Shown here in pieces: positions 12,067 through 25,339 of a DNA stretch of 64,000 nucleotides. Source of the stretch: Octopus sinensis (taxonomy: Eukaryota); the NCBI RefSeq assembly GCF_006345805.1, contig NC_043017.1, forward strand, positions 18,290,001 through 18,354,000. Direction: 5' to 3'. The first letter of the stretch is position 1; the number at the start of each line of letters is the position of its first letter. The notes below the pieces were generated by a model. The model had not been told where the DNA came from and ran no database searches. It was given only the letters and a program-made list of their open reading frames with translations. Position numbers and translations under genes: made by a program.

Positions 12067-12559
12067 ATCATCATCATCATTTAACGTCCGCTTTCCATGC
12101 TAGCATGGGTTGGACGGTTCAACTGGGGGTCTGGGGAGCCCGAAAGCTGCACCAGTCCAGTCAGATCTGGCAGTGTTTCTACAGCTGGATGCCCTTCCTA
12201 ACGCCAACCACTCCGAGAGTGTAGTGGGTGTTTATGTGCCACCGACACAGGTGCCAGACGAGGCTGACAAACGGCCACGCTCGGATGGTGTTTTTTATGT
12301 GCCACCAACACAGGTGCCAGACGAGGCTGGCAGACGGCCACGCTCGGATGGTGTTTTTTATGTGCCACCGACACAGGTGCCAGACGAGGCTGGCAGACGG
12401 CCACGCTCGGATGGTGTTTATGTGCCACCGACACAGGTGCCAGATGAGGCTGGCAAACGGCCACGATCGGATGGTGCTTGTTACGTGCCCACAGCACGGA
12501 GGCCAGTCGATCGATGCGGGTACTGGTACGGCCACGTTCGGATGTTTTCTTATGTGCCA

Positions 12560-12560
<1 letters not shown>
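12067..12560 (-). mobile_element. RTE 3'UTR with four ~61-bp tandem units
   Basis: gtgccaccgacacaggtgccagacgaggctggcagacggccacgctcggatggtg repeated 4x in ~12236-12480. Confidence 0.85.
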
Positions 12561-13370
<810 letters not shown>

Positions 13371-13419
13371 TATCACACCAGAAAAAAGAATTTTAATTAA
13401 TACTTACTACTCTTTTCTC

Positions 13420-13510
13420 AGCTACACGTGTTTCTTGAGGTTTTTACGGTTCCTTAAGCACGCAGTGTTTTACAGGAACCTTTCTTAAAATGTAACCCAA
13501 TCATCAGGCC
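13420..13510 (-). ncRNA. Type I hammerhead ribozyme-like motif with extended stem II
   Basis: Minus strand: GGC-CTGATGA-(TTGGGTT...AACCTCAA)-GAAA-C-ACGT-G-TA|GCT; palindromic stem III ACACGTGT; GUA site. Confidence 0.65.
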
Positions 13511-14902
13511 TCTAAATAACTTTATCATAGTTCGATACCAAATACTATATTTTAATTTTAACAGATAAGTATGTGTATGTGTAAATAGATTCGCCGAACC
13601 TTACTGTGCAAGCCATAATTTAATTCAAATAAAATTAATAAAAATAAAAATTTACAAAAAACTAATTTCTCACGTAATTTATGTCTGTAAACATTCATAT
13701 AAAATTAATAATATGTAGGGATAAAAATAAAATATATACTTGTGATGATATAATAATGAAAGCAATGACAAATAAATATATTCTAATAAAAACCATAGTT
13801 AAAAGTGGACATACACAAGTACAAATGACAAAATGCAAAAAGAAAATTTACAAATGATACGAATGATAAAAAATTAAAAATTTACCAAGTAAAAATTAGA
13901 GCTTAATAACTTAAGGGTAACGTAAAAGAAATGTCGTAAAAAATATGTACAATCTACCGTTGACTACCATGGTCCTACTGTTTAGTATTTAACTTTTGAT
14001 GACGTCAGTAAATAATGAAAAAATAAAAAAAAGGAAACAAGGGTTTACTCAGCGGTGGTGCCCCAGCATGGCCGCGTCCTTCGGGCTAAAACATTTTAAA
14101 GGATTTTAAGGAAGGGAATTATATGTTATGACAATTAGTTATCTATTAAATATGCTAAAAAATTTTGTTTTAAATTATGCGTATTAGATTATATGAAAAG
14201 TAATTATAATCAACAGGTTATTTAGTATTGAAATATTTAAATGTTCTTCTATATTTGTGAGAACATTTCATTGTAAAATTACCTTTACAATTCAATAATA
14301 CTAATTCAGAAATATAATGCATTTTCTCAAGGTAAAGATCACATAAAACTACCAGTATTGTATTATGGTGTGTAACTAGTAATGAACCACTTTAAATCAT
14401 AGTTAATGTTCCTGTCTTTTAAATCCCAAATGCATTTACACAGATTTGTAAAATTACATTTTTGTCTATACATAAATGAGAATGATTATGTAAACTAGAT
14501 TTCCAAATTGTAGCAAATGAACTTATGCATTAATATGTACAGTCTCCTGCAATGACCTTACATTGATACACTATAGTCTTCCTTAAACACAGATTTCCTA
14601 AAGGTCAGATAATTTTGTTTTTGAAATTACAAAGACATTTATCCAATTGTATGTAGTGCACATGGTTAATGGAATTAGCACTAATCATCCTCTCAGAAGT
14701 TGGTGTTAGGACAGGATTATTATCAGTATTATAACATTATTACTAGGTGTTATTTCAAAGGTATTATCACGGTCAGAATTACTTTTACCTCAAGTATCAA
14801 AGCACCTAGTTCAGGAAAATTATCATTAAAAGTAATTCTATAATTCACATGATTGGTTCTACTCCTGCTTACAGATTTTGAGTTGAGATAATTTTACCTT
14901 TG

Positions 14903-14956
<54 letters not shown>

Positions 14957-16647
14957 TATATATAGGTGCAAGCTTCTTAACCACATAGTTCTGGGTTCAG
15001 TTCCATGGTATGGCACTTTGGGCAAGTGGGTTGTCTGCAAAGTTTGTGCTGATTTATAGTAGCTTACCTTTCAACTTTACCCTCCCAGGCACCTCAATTC
15101 TGGGAAGAGGATATTTTCAAGTTAAAGGAAAAATGGAGATGCATCGTGCAACAAAATGGTTCATTAAATTGGTTGATTAAAAATGTAATGGCCAGTATTT
15201 ATTGACCTTTTTCTTTCCTTTAAAAATCAGCACGAACTTTCCAGACAACCCAATACTATAGCCTTGAGCCAACCAAAGCCTTGTGAGTAGATTTGGTGGA
15301 CAGAAACTGAAAGAAGCCCATCATATATATGTGTGTGTGTGTCTTTGTTTGTCCCCCCCCCATACTGCCATCGTTTGACCGGCATTGACAACCAATGCCG
15401 GTGTGTTTATGTCCCTGTAACTTAGCAGTTTGGCAAAAGAGACTGATAGAATAAATACTAGGCTTACAAAGAAGTCCTGGAGTCAAACTCATCAACTAAA
15501 AAAAAACCTTTCAGTATGGCAGCAGTCAAATGACTGAAACAAGTATATATATATAAAGACATATAATCATCATAACATATATATATATATGTAGATATTA
15601 AAAGGATGTGTTATAATACTATTCCACATATACAAAAATAGCCATACCAACAATCCAACATACCTCCATCATCAGCTGCCCCACGGATACCATAATGGTT
15701 TTGACACCTGGGAAGTACCATTCAATCTGGCAGTGTCAACGGCACTAAAATAAGTGTTGCTTTGGAACAAACGTACCTAAGAAACCAAGACTTTCAAACA
15801 CCTTTACCCTATGTACTGCCACACAGTGTTTATAAATTATCTTTACAACTTCCACAATTTATTGTATTTCACAACCAATGCTCTTGGAAGTCTTCTGATG
15901 TTTTTACCGAAACTGTTTTCCAATAAACTCTGCTGGGTCAACCTTATTTTGCATATTTTATAAATTTTTCAAATTGTAAAGGTAATCTATGGACACAGTG
16001 CACACACACACACACGTACATTTCTACATTCATGCTTGAATGAACAGAAAAAAAACTTTCAGAAATTTCCTACTGTGTATGTATCTATTTTCAGTTAATA
16101 ATCAACCTAACCTGAAATGAAGGTACCCACCCAACCAGAACAATTTCTTCTTTAGATTTGAAGTCTCTTCCACTACCACCACCACTATATATATATATCT
16201 ATATATATATACATGCATATATAGTGTGTGCCAGTGAAATTTGATGATTGTTTTTCATGTCCCCTTTTTCAGGAATAGCTTGAAGTGTTGGCAAACAGTC
16301 AATGGTGTTTGAGAACATAAAGGTTAAAATTGTAGTTGAGAAAACGTTGGCTGACATGGAGGACTGGAAGCCATGTGAATATTGGCAAAGAGTTAGCTGT
16401 GTCATGATGATTTTCCCCACGTACCAAAATGCAACCATCATAACTGCTACTCAATGCTCTGTGATAGATTGCTAGCCACTAGACATTCTGTATTTTCTCT
16501 CTTTGTTTCTTTGTGGAAGAGTGTAGGCTCGAAATGTTAAAGACTTTTTCACTTCCCAAGTGTTATACTAATACATCTGTTTGTTGTCTACACCACCTGT
16601 CTTCATCTTTTATTTTATTTTTGTGAATTCTCCCTATATATATATAT

Positions 16648-16907
16648 CATCATCGTTTAATGTCCGTTTTCCATGCTAGCATGGGTTGCACAGTTCGACT
16701 GGGGTCTGGGAAGCCAGGAGGCTGCACCAGGCTCAAGTCTGATCTGGCAGTGTTTCTACAGCATAAGGGCATCTTGGCATTAGGAAGGGCATCCAGCCGT
16801 AGAAACACTGCCAGAACTGACTGGGCCTGATGAAGCCTTCCAGCTTCACAGACCCCAGTTGAACCGTCCAACCCATGCTAGCATGGAGAACGGACGCTAA
16901 ATGATGA

Positions 16908-16911
<4 letters not shown>
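16648..16911. repeat. Fold-back of two opposed RTE 3' ends
   Basis: Left copy (catcatc...ctacag) is approximately the reverse complement of the right copy (gtagaaac...gatgatgat). Confidence 0.85.
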
Positions 16912-16980
<69 letters not shown>

Positions 16981-18084
16981 TGTATTTGTTTTGAAAAATT
17001 CCTGATGTGAAATCACCTGTTGAAAAGGATATTGCTATATTTGGGGATGCCCATTCTTTTCTTTTCTTTTCTTTTTTGCCTTACAACTAAGCACACTATA
17101 CACTTGTTCTTCACCTCAGCTTCATTATTATTATTTCAGTGGGCAGTTAAAGGACCCTGAATGAAGCTGCACAGAAAATTATACATGTGCAACTACCCAT
17201 GCGCTGTGCAGTGGAAACATGTAGATCGTCATAACTATAAAAATATGCTGTATGAAACTGTAAAATAAAAGGAAATAAAATTTGAAGATGTACCACTCTC
17301 CATATTCTCTATCATTATAATTATTGTGAATATACACTCCAGATAATATTACCATCCAATCAAGTGAACATGGAATTACTCATCAAAGTTTACAGTGTGA
17401 GTGGCAACTCCTAGTTGTAAAAGACATTAAATACTAATTGATGTGGTTAGCCGTAACCTGGAACATAACTGAGAGCTACTGTGGTATCCATCTAGATAAT
17501 ATATCTCTCTAAATGCACACAGATATATATATATATATATATATTGCTTTCATCTTTTTTACTTGTTTCAGTCATATGACTGTGGCCATGTTGAAGCACA
17601 GCCTTTAGTCAAATAAATCAAGCCCAGCAATTATTCTTTGTAAGCCTAGTACTTTTTCAATTGGTCTCTTTTACCAAACTGCTAAGTTGTGGGAATGTAA
17701 ACACACCAACACCAGTTATGAAGTGACACACAAGTACATATATATGATGGGCTTCTTTCAGTTTCCGTCTATCAAATCCACTCACATAGCTTTGGTCAAC
17801 CCGAGGCTATAATAGAAGACACATACCCAAGGTGCCACGCAGTGGGACTGAACCTGGAACCATGTGGTTGGGAAGCAAGCTTCTTACCACACAGCCACTC
17901 CTATATGTATATTTCCACCTTGCGTCTCCCCCTCCCAATCAACAACCAAAACTCCAGCCTATGTCAGAGCAATTCTGAGGCAGTCCTTGAACCTCATTTC
18001 CAGTTTTACGTGCTGGCCACCTACCATCTTCCAGCTCACCATACAAAAGTTGCTTAGGAAATCTTTCATCATTCATTCGTGTGT

Positions 18085-18590
18085 GAGAAGACTCGGCAGG
18101 ACTAGTGAGACCATAACCCGGTGGCCTCTACCTGGGATGTAGCCAGTCGACTTATGCATACCTTTCCTTCTTGGGACACAAAACTCCACTTGTGAAGACC
18201 CGTTGAGGCAAGTGGAAATCGAAATCAGAACCAAAATCGAAGTTGATCAACATCAATGGAAATTGCAGCTGTGATACCAGTGCCGGTGGCACGTAAGCAA
18301 ACCATCCAATCGTGGCCATTGCCAGCGCCGCCCTGAATGGCCTCCGTGCCGGTGGCACGTAAAAAGCACCATCCGACCGTGGCCGTTTGCCAGCCCCGTC
18401 TAGCACCTGTGCCGGTGACATGTAAAAAGCACCACTACACTCACGGAGTGGTTGGCGTTAGGAAGGGCATCCAGCCATAGAAACATTGCCAGACCAGACT
18501 GGGCCTGGTGCAGCCTTCTGGCTTCCCAGACCCCAGTTGAACCGTCCAACCCATGCCAGCATGGAAAGCGGATGCTAAATGATGATGATT
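18085..18590 (+). mobile_element. RTE 3'UTR copy
   Basis: cttatgcatacctttccttcttgggacacaaaa...catgccagcatggaaagcggatgctaaatgatgatgat. Confidence 0.85.
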
Positions 18591-19479
18591 CTCACCAGAT
18601 GTCCACAGCTGTGCATTATGCAACAGCAGGCAAATCTTTGGCTAGGCCCTAGAGTCACACAAGGCCTCACATTCCAACATCAATGACTCAATGATTCTTT
18701 CTAGCAATGGCTTTGCTCATATATGAGAAAGCAGCTACTTTGTATCAGATATCTGTATAAAGCAAAAATTTGCAAACGGCATATCACAGTGCACCTCTGT
18801 TTTATGACAATATAAGTCCCCTTACACAGAGATAAGTAGGTGCAGTGAGAAATGAGATAAAAGGAAAATATATGTGTATGAGAGAGAGAGAGAAAGAGAG
18901 AGCAAGAGATGCATGAGTGAGAGAGGCAGAAAAAGAATATGTGAAAGATAAGGGGAAAGAGTGTGTGTGAGAGGAGAGAGAGAAACAGATCACTGTTGGT
19001 GTCACTGTTGTTGTAAGCTTATACAGTGATAAATCAAAAAAAAAAAGAAAGAAAAGAAAGATCCATTTAATCTTCAAATGGTCGTTATGTCAACCTTAAG
19101 TGTTCCCCATTTCCAAGCTTCAAGAATACACATCAAGTCATTACACAAAACATGTTAGAACAAGTTGAAAAATTTTTTTAAACTTGATACAAAACCAATT
19201 CTAATGATTTTCCTTATTTGTTTGTTGTAATTATCAGCTAAAGCAAGAGGCCAATGTAGGTGAACGTCTCCTTGAATTACGTTCATTCATCCCAACTTAA
19301 TGCAAATTGCAATTTCATTCTTTTCTACTCACTCACCACTGTACAATGAATGGTGTGTATCTATTTGACTGTAAAACAAAGAGCAGCCTGCATAGCTTGA
19401 ATGTTTAAATGTCTGGTGACTGATCAGTTCCAAGACATTTGTATGTCACACACATACATACACACACATATATACGTAT

Positions 19480-19692
19480 TTCTTTATTACCCACAAGGGG
19501 CTAAACACAGAGGGGACAGACATAGGTATTAAGTCGATTACAACGACCCCAGTGTGTAACTGGTACTTAATTTATCGACCCCGAAAGGATGAAAGGCAAA
19601 GTCGACCTTGGCGGAATTTGAACTCAGAACGCAGCGGCGGACGAAATACCGCAAAGCATTTCGCCCGGCGTGCTAACGTTTCTGCCAGCTCA
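19480..19692 (-). mobile_element. tRNA-head SINE with Meta-like domain
   Basis: Reverse complement of gctggcagaaacgttagcacg...gactttgcctttcatcctttcggggtcgataaattaagtaccag. Confidence 0.8.
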
Positions 19693-19856
19693 CATATATA
19701 CGGAGAGAAAGAAACATGGCAAAAGTGGAGCAAGTTGCTAACTCTTTGCCTCATTCTAAAAATTAATTTAATATTGATGGCCCAAAATAGGGACTACATC
19801 AGGCGAAGAGCTAGGCTCTTGCTGCACTTTTGCCACATATATATATATATATATAT

Positions 19857-20143
19857 GGAGGCGCAATGGCCCAGTGGTTAGGGCAGCGGACTCGTGGTTT
19901 CGATTCCCAGACCGGGCGTTGTGAGTGTTTATTGAGCGAAAACACCTAAAGCTCCATGAGGCTCCGGCAGGGGGTGGTGGCGATCCCTGCTGTACTCTTT
20001 CACCACAACTTTCTCTCACTCTTTCTTCTGTTGGCCTGCTTGCTTAACCAGCGGAGTGGCGTCATTTGAAGGCTAAAACAATGCGAAGCGCTTTGTGACC
20101 AGCGATGTGTAGCAACATCTGATAGCCTGGTCGGTCAACGTGA
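19857..20143 (+). mobile_element. tRNA-derived SINE (ggaggcgcaatggcccagtggttaggg head)
   Basis: A-box TGGCCCAGTGG and B-box-like GGTTTCGATTCCC; related copies at 42070-42357, 54052-54357 and 61561-61858 (all minus). Confidence 0.85.
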
Positions 20144-20989
20144 TATATATATATATATTATGGAGATGTACTTGCATAGCAAGTAATTTGATCTGAGATT
20201 GTGTGCTGAAACAAAAACAATTACGTGGAAAGTTTTTAAAAGCCATTTAAAAACACACAAAAAACTGTTAGATTCACTTCAACATTTAAATTTAATTTGT
20301 GTCAAAATATTTGTTGCTTTGAAACCGTGACTTGTTCACTGACAAAATTTCATGCTGCATATATATATATATATATACATAATTAATAAACATATATCAG
20401 AAAAGAAGCAAACTCTAAAGAATAGAGCAGTAATTATTACAGCAAAATTTTTTTATAACTTGGACAGAGTTGTTGAGTGGTGATGGGCGAGACATAGACA
20501 CAAAGATGTGCGCATACACACACACATATATATATATATATATGCACATACACACACAACAGGATTCTTTCAGTTTCCATCAACCAAATTCACTCACAAG
20601 GCCTTGGTCGGCCCAAAGCTATAGTAGAAGACACTTGCCTAAGATGCCATGCAGTGGGACTGAACCTGGGACCACGTTGTTGGGAAGCAAGCTTCTTTAT
20701 TTCTTTTAAATTACCATAAAGGCATTACATAGAGGGGGCCACTACAACACATGTGGGACATATAACAATTAAAATAAAAATATGATGCTATGAATGACAC
20801 ATGAAAATGAATATGAAAAACATTAAAATCAAAATATTAAAATAATGATACATGAATGAAGCCTGAGAAATGAGAATATGAAAACTCATAAAGCAAAATA
20901 TGCCAAATATGCTCCTTTGTCACTTCCATTATAGCTTTGAAAGAATAACTAAAAATCGAACAGCACTTTTCAAAACTTGCACTAAGAAT

Positions 20990-21185
20990 AAGATTCTTTG
21001 TCCCCAGTAGGGGTAGGAGCTTTCTAAACTTTGCCCAGGCTATTCTTATTCTAGTAGTAACACTCTCTGAGCATCCACACCCACTACTAACTTGGTCACC
21101 TAGGTAGCGGAAACTATCAACTACTTCTAGTTTCTCCCCCAGGAATGTAATCGAATCTGTTTTCTGAGTATCAATTACCACCTGC
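20990..21185 (-). mobile_element. RTE RT C-terminal fragment
   Basis: GEKLEVVDSFRYLGDQVSSGCGCSESVTTRIRIAWAKFRKLLPLL. Confidence 0.85.
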
Positions 21186-22281
21186 TTTTATAGCAAGTTG
21201 ATACAGGTAGTTTATCCCATACCCCTCTGACCTTTAGTTCATGTAATTGAAAAAACTGCATTATTGATGGGATGACCCAATACTGGATAGAATATTATCA
21301 TTGTAAAATGAAATACCATGTCTCTACCAGCAATTAATATTTACAAAGCAGCTGCCAGAAATGTGTTTAATATGTAAATTAGTCTATTCAATTGTGTTAC
21401 AGAGCTAAACTCAGTGGGTATTTAAGAAATGCATCCATGGATGGCTGATGGGTCGGATGTGGTGTTGAAGGAGCAGTAAGAACTGAAACATGCATATACA
21501 TCTGTAACCTGTTTTTTCCTATCTTTGATTGCATTGTTTACATTAGATATATCCATATATGAAACATTCCTTCAGTGGTGGCTCTGATTTTCTGTAGAGA
21601 TAAACTTAAGAATAAGAACATCTCACTGCTAATACAAAAGTAAGGCATAATATTGATTTGTAAACCTTTAATGTACTTGGTAGTATATTCTGCTTGCAAA
21701 ATGAATTACTGTGTCTTTGCTAGCGATTAATATTAATGTTTCATGTTTTGTAAAGTCTGAACTGGTGGTGCACTCCATGCATTTGCTGTTTGGAATGTCT
21801 GGAGGAAGCTTTTTTACTACACCCTATCTATCTATCTATCTATATAAAAACGCACACACAAATACACATGCATAATATACATTCATGCTTAATATCTACA
21901 CACACACACACACACACAGATTTTACTGCTTACAATTTCTGTCCATCAGGAAACTCACCAAACCACATTTTACTTTGAAAAATATTTCAGATTCAGTTCC
22001 AAGATCTATAAATCAATTTGCTAATAAGTTCATTAATAATGCAATGCTATTATATCAATGCACAAGTAATCAATCAGGTGAAGGACTATTTATCCCAGAT
22101 GATTCAATGATTTATTTATAGTGAGGGCACACAGCCTAGTGGTTAGTTTCACTATCATAAAATTAATGGGTTCAAGTTCTGGGCCAGGAAATGTGTAACA
22201 TCCTTAAGCAGAGTATTATATTTTGTGTTACTCCAATCTACTTAGCTGAAAAGGAAGACCAGCTTAGTACTGGTACAGCTA

Positions 22282-22692
22282 TCTCACCCCCAGCTTGTGG
22301 GGTAATCTTTCCCTTCACCCCCAGCTTGTGGGATAATCTTTCTCCCTCTGGCTTGTAGGGTAATCTTTCCCCTCGCCCCCAGCTTGTGGGGTAAAATTTC
22401 CCCTCACCCCCAGCTTGTAGGGTAATCTTTCTCCTCACCCCCAGCTTGTGGGGTAATCTTTCTTCCCTCCTCCAGTTTGCGGGGTGCTATTTTTCCCACC
22501 CTACCTTATGGAGCACTCTTTCTTCCTCCAGCTTATGGTGTAATCCTTCCCTCACCTTCAGCTTGTTGGGTACACTTCCCCTCACCTCCAACTTGAAAGG
22601 TACTCTTTCCCCCTTCAGCTTATGGGGTACGCTTCCTCTCATCTCCAGCCTGAGGGTGGGGTACTCTTCCCCCCACCTTCAGATTGTGGAAT
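22282..22692. repeat. ~31-33 bp minisatellite, about 13 units
   Basis: Unit tcacccccagcttgtggggtaatctttccc; copies diverge progressively to the right. Confidence 0.9.
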
Positions 22693-23499
22693 AACGCAGA
22701 GAGCAGTAGTTTATTTAAGAAGTCATTTACTCCAGAATTTCCATAGTGTTCAGCCAGCCCTGCAAACAAATCAAGTCAAACCAAGCATTTGAATTTAGCA
22801 ATTTTGAGTTGAACTGACTTTCCCCATCACACCTTTGATGGTCAGTAATGTCATGGGTGGAAGGACTGTGAAAACCTTTTGTCTTGTTTCAAGAAAGGGT
22901 TTAGTCAAACAAATTGACCCCGGCATTTATTTAAACTTCTTTAAATCCTGATAGTTATCCTATCAGTTTCTTTTGCCAAACCACTAGGTTACAGGGATGT
23001 AAACAAACTAATACAGGTTGTCAAGCTGTATTGGGGAGGGGGAAACAAATACACAACACAGAGCTGTGACTGTGTGGTAAGAAGTTTGCTTTTCAACTAA
23101 ATGATTCTGGGTCCAGTCCCACTGCATGGCACCTTAGGCAAGTATTTCTACAATAGTGCTGGACTGATCAAAGACTCGGGAATGGTTTTGGAAGGCAGAA
23201 ACTGAAAGAAGCCCTTCATGTATATGTCTGTGTGTCTATGTATTTGTCCCCAACCTCCACATGACAACTGGTGATTTGTTTACATCCACATAACTTAGTG
23301 GTTTGGTAAAAGAGACCAATAGAATAAGTACCAGACTTCTTAAGAGTAAAATAAGCCGGGGTCGATTGAGAAAACATTTCAAGGCAGTGCCCTAGCATGG
23401 CCGCAGTCCAATGACTGAAACATGGTAAAAGATTACACATACACACACACGACAGGCTTTGACACAGCTTCCATCTCGCAAATTCACCCACAAAGCATT

Positions 23500-24190
23500 G
23501 GCTTGTCTGTGGATTACGCAACCAAAGGTTTGTAGTTGGTGATTTCGGACTCAAGCTAGGAAAACTCAGAGAAACAAACCAGTCCAGAAAAGAGAGATAA
23601 AGGGAACACAAAACCCCAGCAAAAGAGAAATTTAGGGATGTTCTAATGGAAGCACAAAGGACATATAGCATAGAGGATAATACGTAAAGACAACCTTGCC
23701 TAGGGCTACAAATCAAATCTGAGGCTGGGGCAATGTCCTGGTTAGATGAAGCATCAAATCTATTTCTGTTGAGAATGTGGTCAATCTGGTTTGGGTGTCC
23801 ACTAAACTGATAGGTGATCAGATGGGTGGCTGGGTTTGTGAAGTTAGTCAGATCTCCGGTAATCTTGTTCCCTCTTCATTTCTAGAGCAAACACTGTAAC
23901 CCCTTTACAGAGCATGAAATTCATTCGAGTGTTGCCCAACATGTTCACTAAAACCCACTAGCTACAATAGGAAAGTCACTTTCATTTGTCATCAAGGTAG
24001 TCTGCAAAAGGACCTTGTAAAACTGGTCCTTCAGATCATTTGCCAAACCATAATATGAAACATAGGCAGAGATAAATGTAACTATTGTTTTATCCAACAG
24101 TAATTTCACCTTCACTCTCTGGTTATCTCAGTTATTTTATCTAACCAAAAGTATGCTCACACCACCTGCCACATCACCACTGCCTGCCCA
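23500..24190. mobile_element. Rearranged RTE endonuclease/linker region
   Basis: Minus ~23750-24190: TNFTNPATHLITYQFSGHPNQIDHIL; plus ~23500-23740: RFVVGDFGL...ATNQI linker. Confidence 0.65.
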
Positions 24191-25339
24191 AATATAAAAC
24201 ATGATTCTGGATTCATTCCCACAGCATGGTACCTTGGGCATATATCTTCTACTATAGCCCTGGGCCAACCAAAACTTTGTTAGTGGATCTGGTAGACAGA
24301 AACTGAAAGAAGACAGCTGTGTGTGTGTGCATGCACGTGTGTATGTGTGTGTATGTATATATATATGTATATATATAGATATATAGATATATATATATAA
24401 ATAATAATAATATTAGGGAGTATATCCAAACTTACAGGGAAAAATTAGATATAGGATTAAATTAAATTTCACAGTATAAATGTAAATTAAATTAGAGATA
24501 AAACCACTATTAGGCAACTCAAACAGTGATAGACATAAACCAAAACAAACAAAAATAAATATAACATATAATATATATATATATATATAATATAAATTTA
24601 AATATTATAATTTTAAATTTTTTAATTTATATTTTTAAATATTAATTTTTTTTTTATATATAACTAACCAAAAATATAAAAAAGTTAAATATAATATAAT
24701 ATAAAATAACAATAATAAGCTAGTTTGGCCTCCATACTGACAAGAAGAGATAAACATCCTTCTGTGATTCATCCAGTAATGCAGAATTGCTTGATGAAAT
24801 GAATCGATGATGATGATCAACTGGATGCCCAAGTATTATACGCACTATACTGTACTAATCCTAAGGATACCAACTTTGCTGTCAAAATTATGTGATTTGT
24901 GGAAACGAGCGTAGCGATGTATTAAATATTTATTAATTCCATCCTAGACTTATTGTTATTATATTTATCCTATATTATATCTGTATAATCATGATGCAAC
25001 CCCAAAAAACTGACTCACTGGTCAGTGTCATTAGATGGTAGCTGACATTATGAAGCTTTATTTGCATATCCTAACATTACCATTAACGAATTTAAAATAT
25101 GTATATATATGTGTGTGTGTCTGTGTGCACTTAAGATATCTGGCAGAGTAGGATATGACCTTATGATCTAGTCAATCAGATTATTCAAGAGCGTGTCATC
25201 GCCAATGACTGGCCTAACAGCATTAAAGTCAGCTGCTACAAGTGTAGATAGAATTACAAAGGTATCAAATTGCTGAATCAAGTCATGAAAGTTAGAGAGA
25301 GAGAGAGAAAGAGTTAAAGCCCAATTTTTTTAAAAACAG

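Noticed and set aside
19857-19915. tRNA genes at SINE heads (also 57571, 32115 and others)
   Set aside because: Box A/B-like heads continue into SINE bodies and lack a complete cloverleaf
22282-22692. CRISPR-like array of ~32-bp palindromic repeats
   Set aside because: No unique spacers, no cas genes, eukaryotic context; it is a minisatellite
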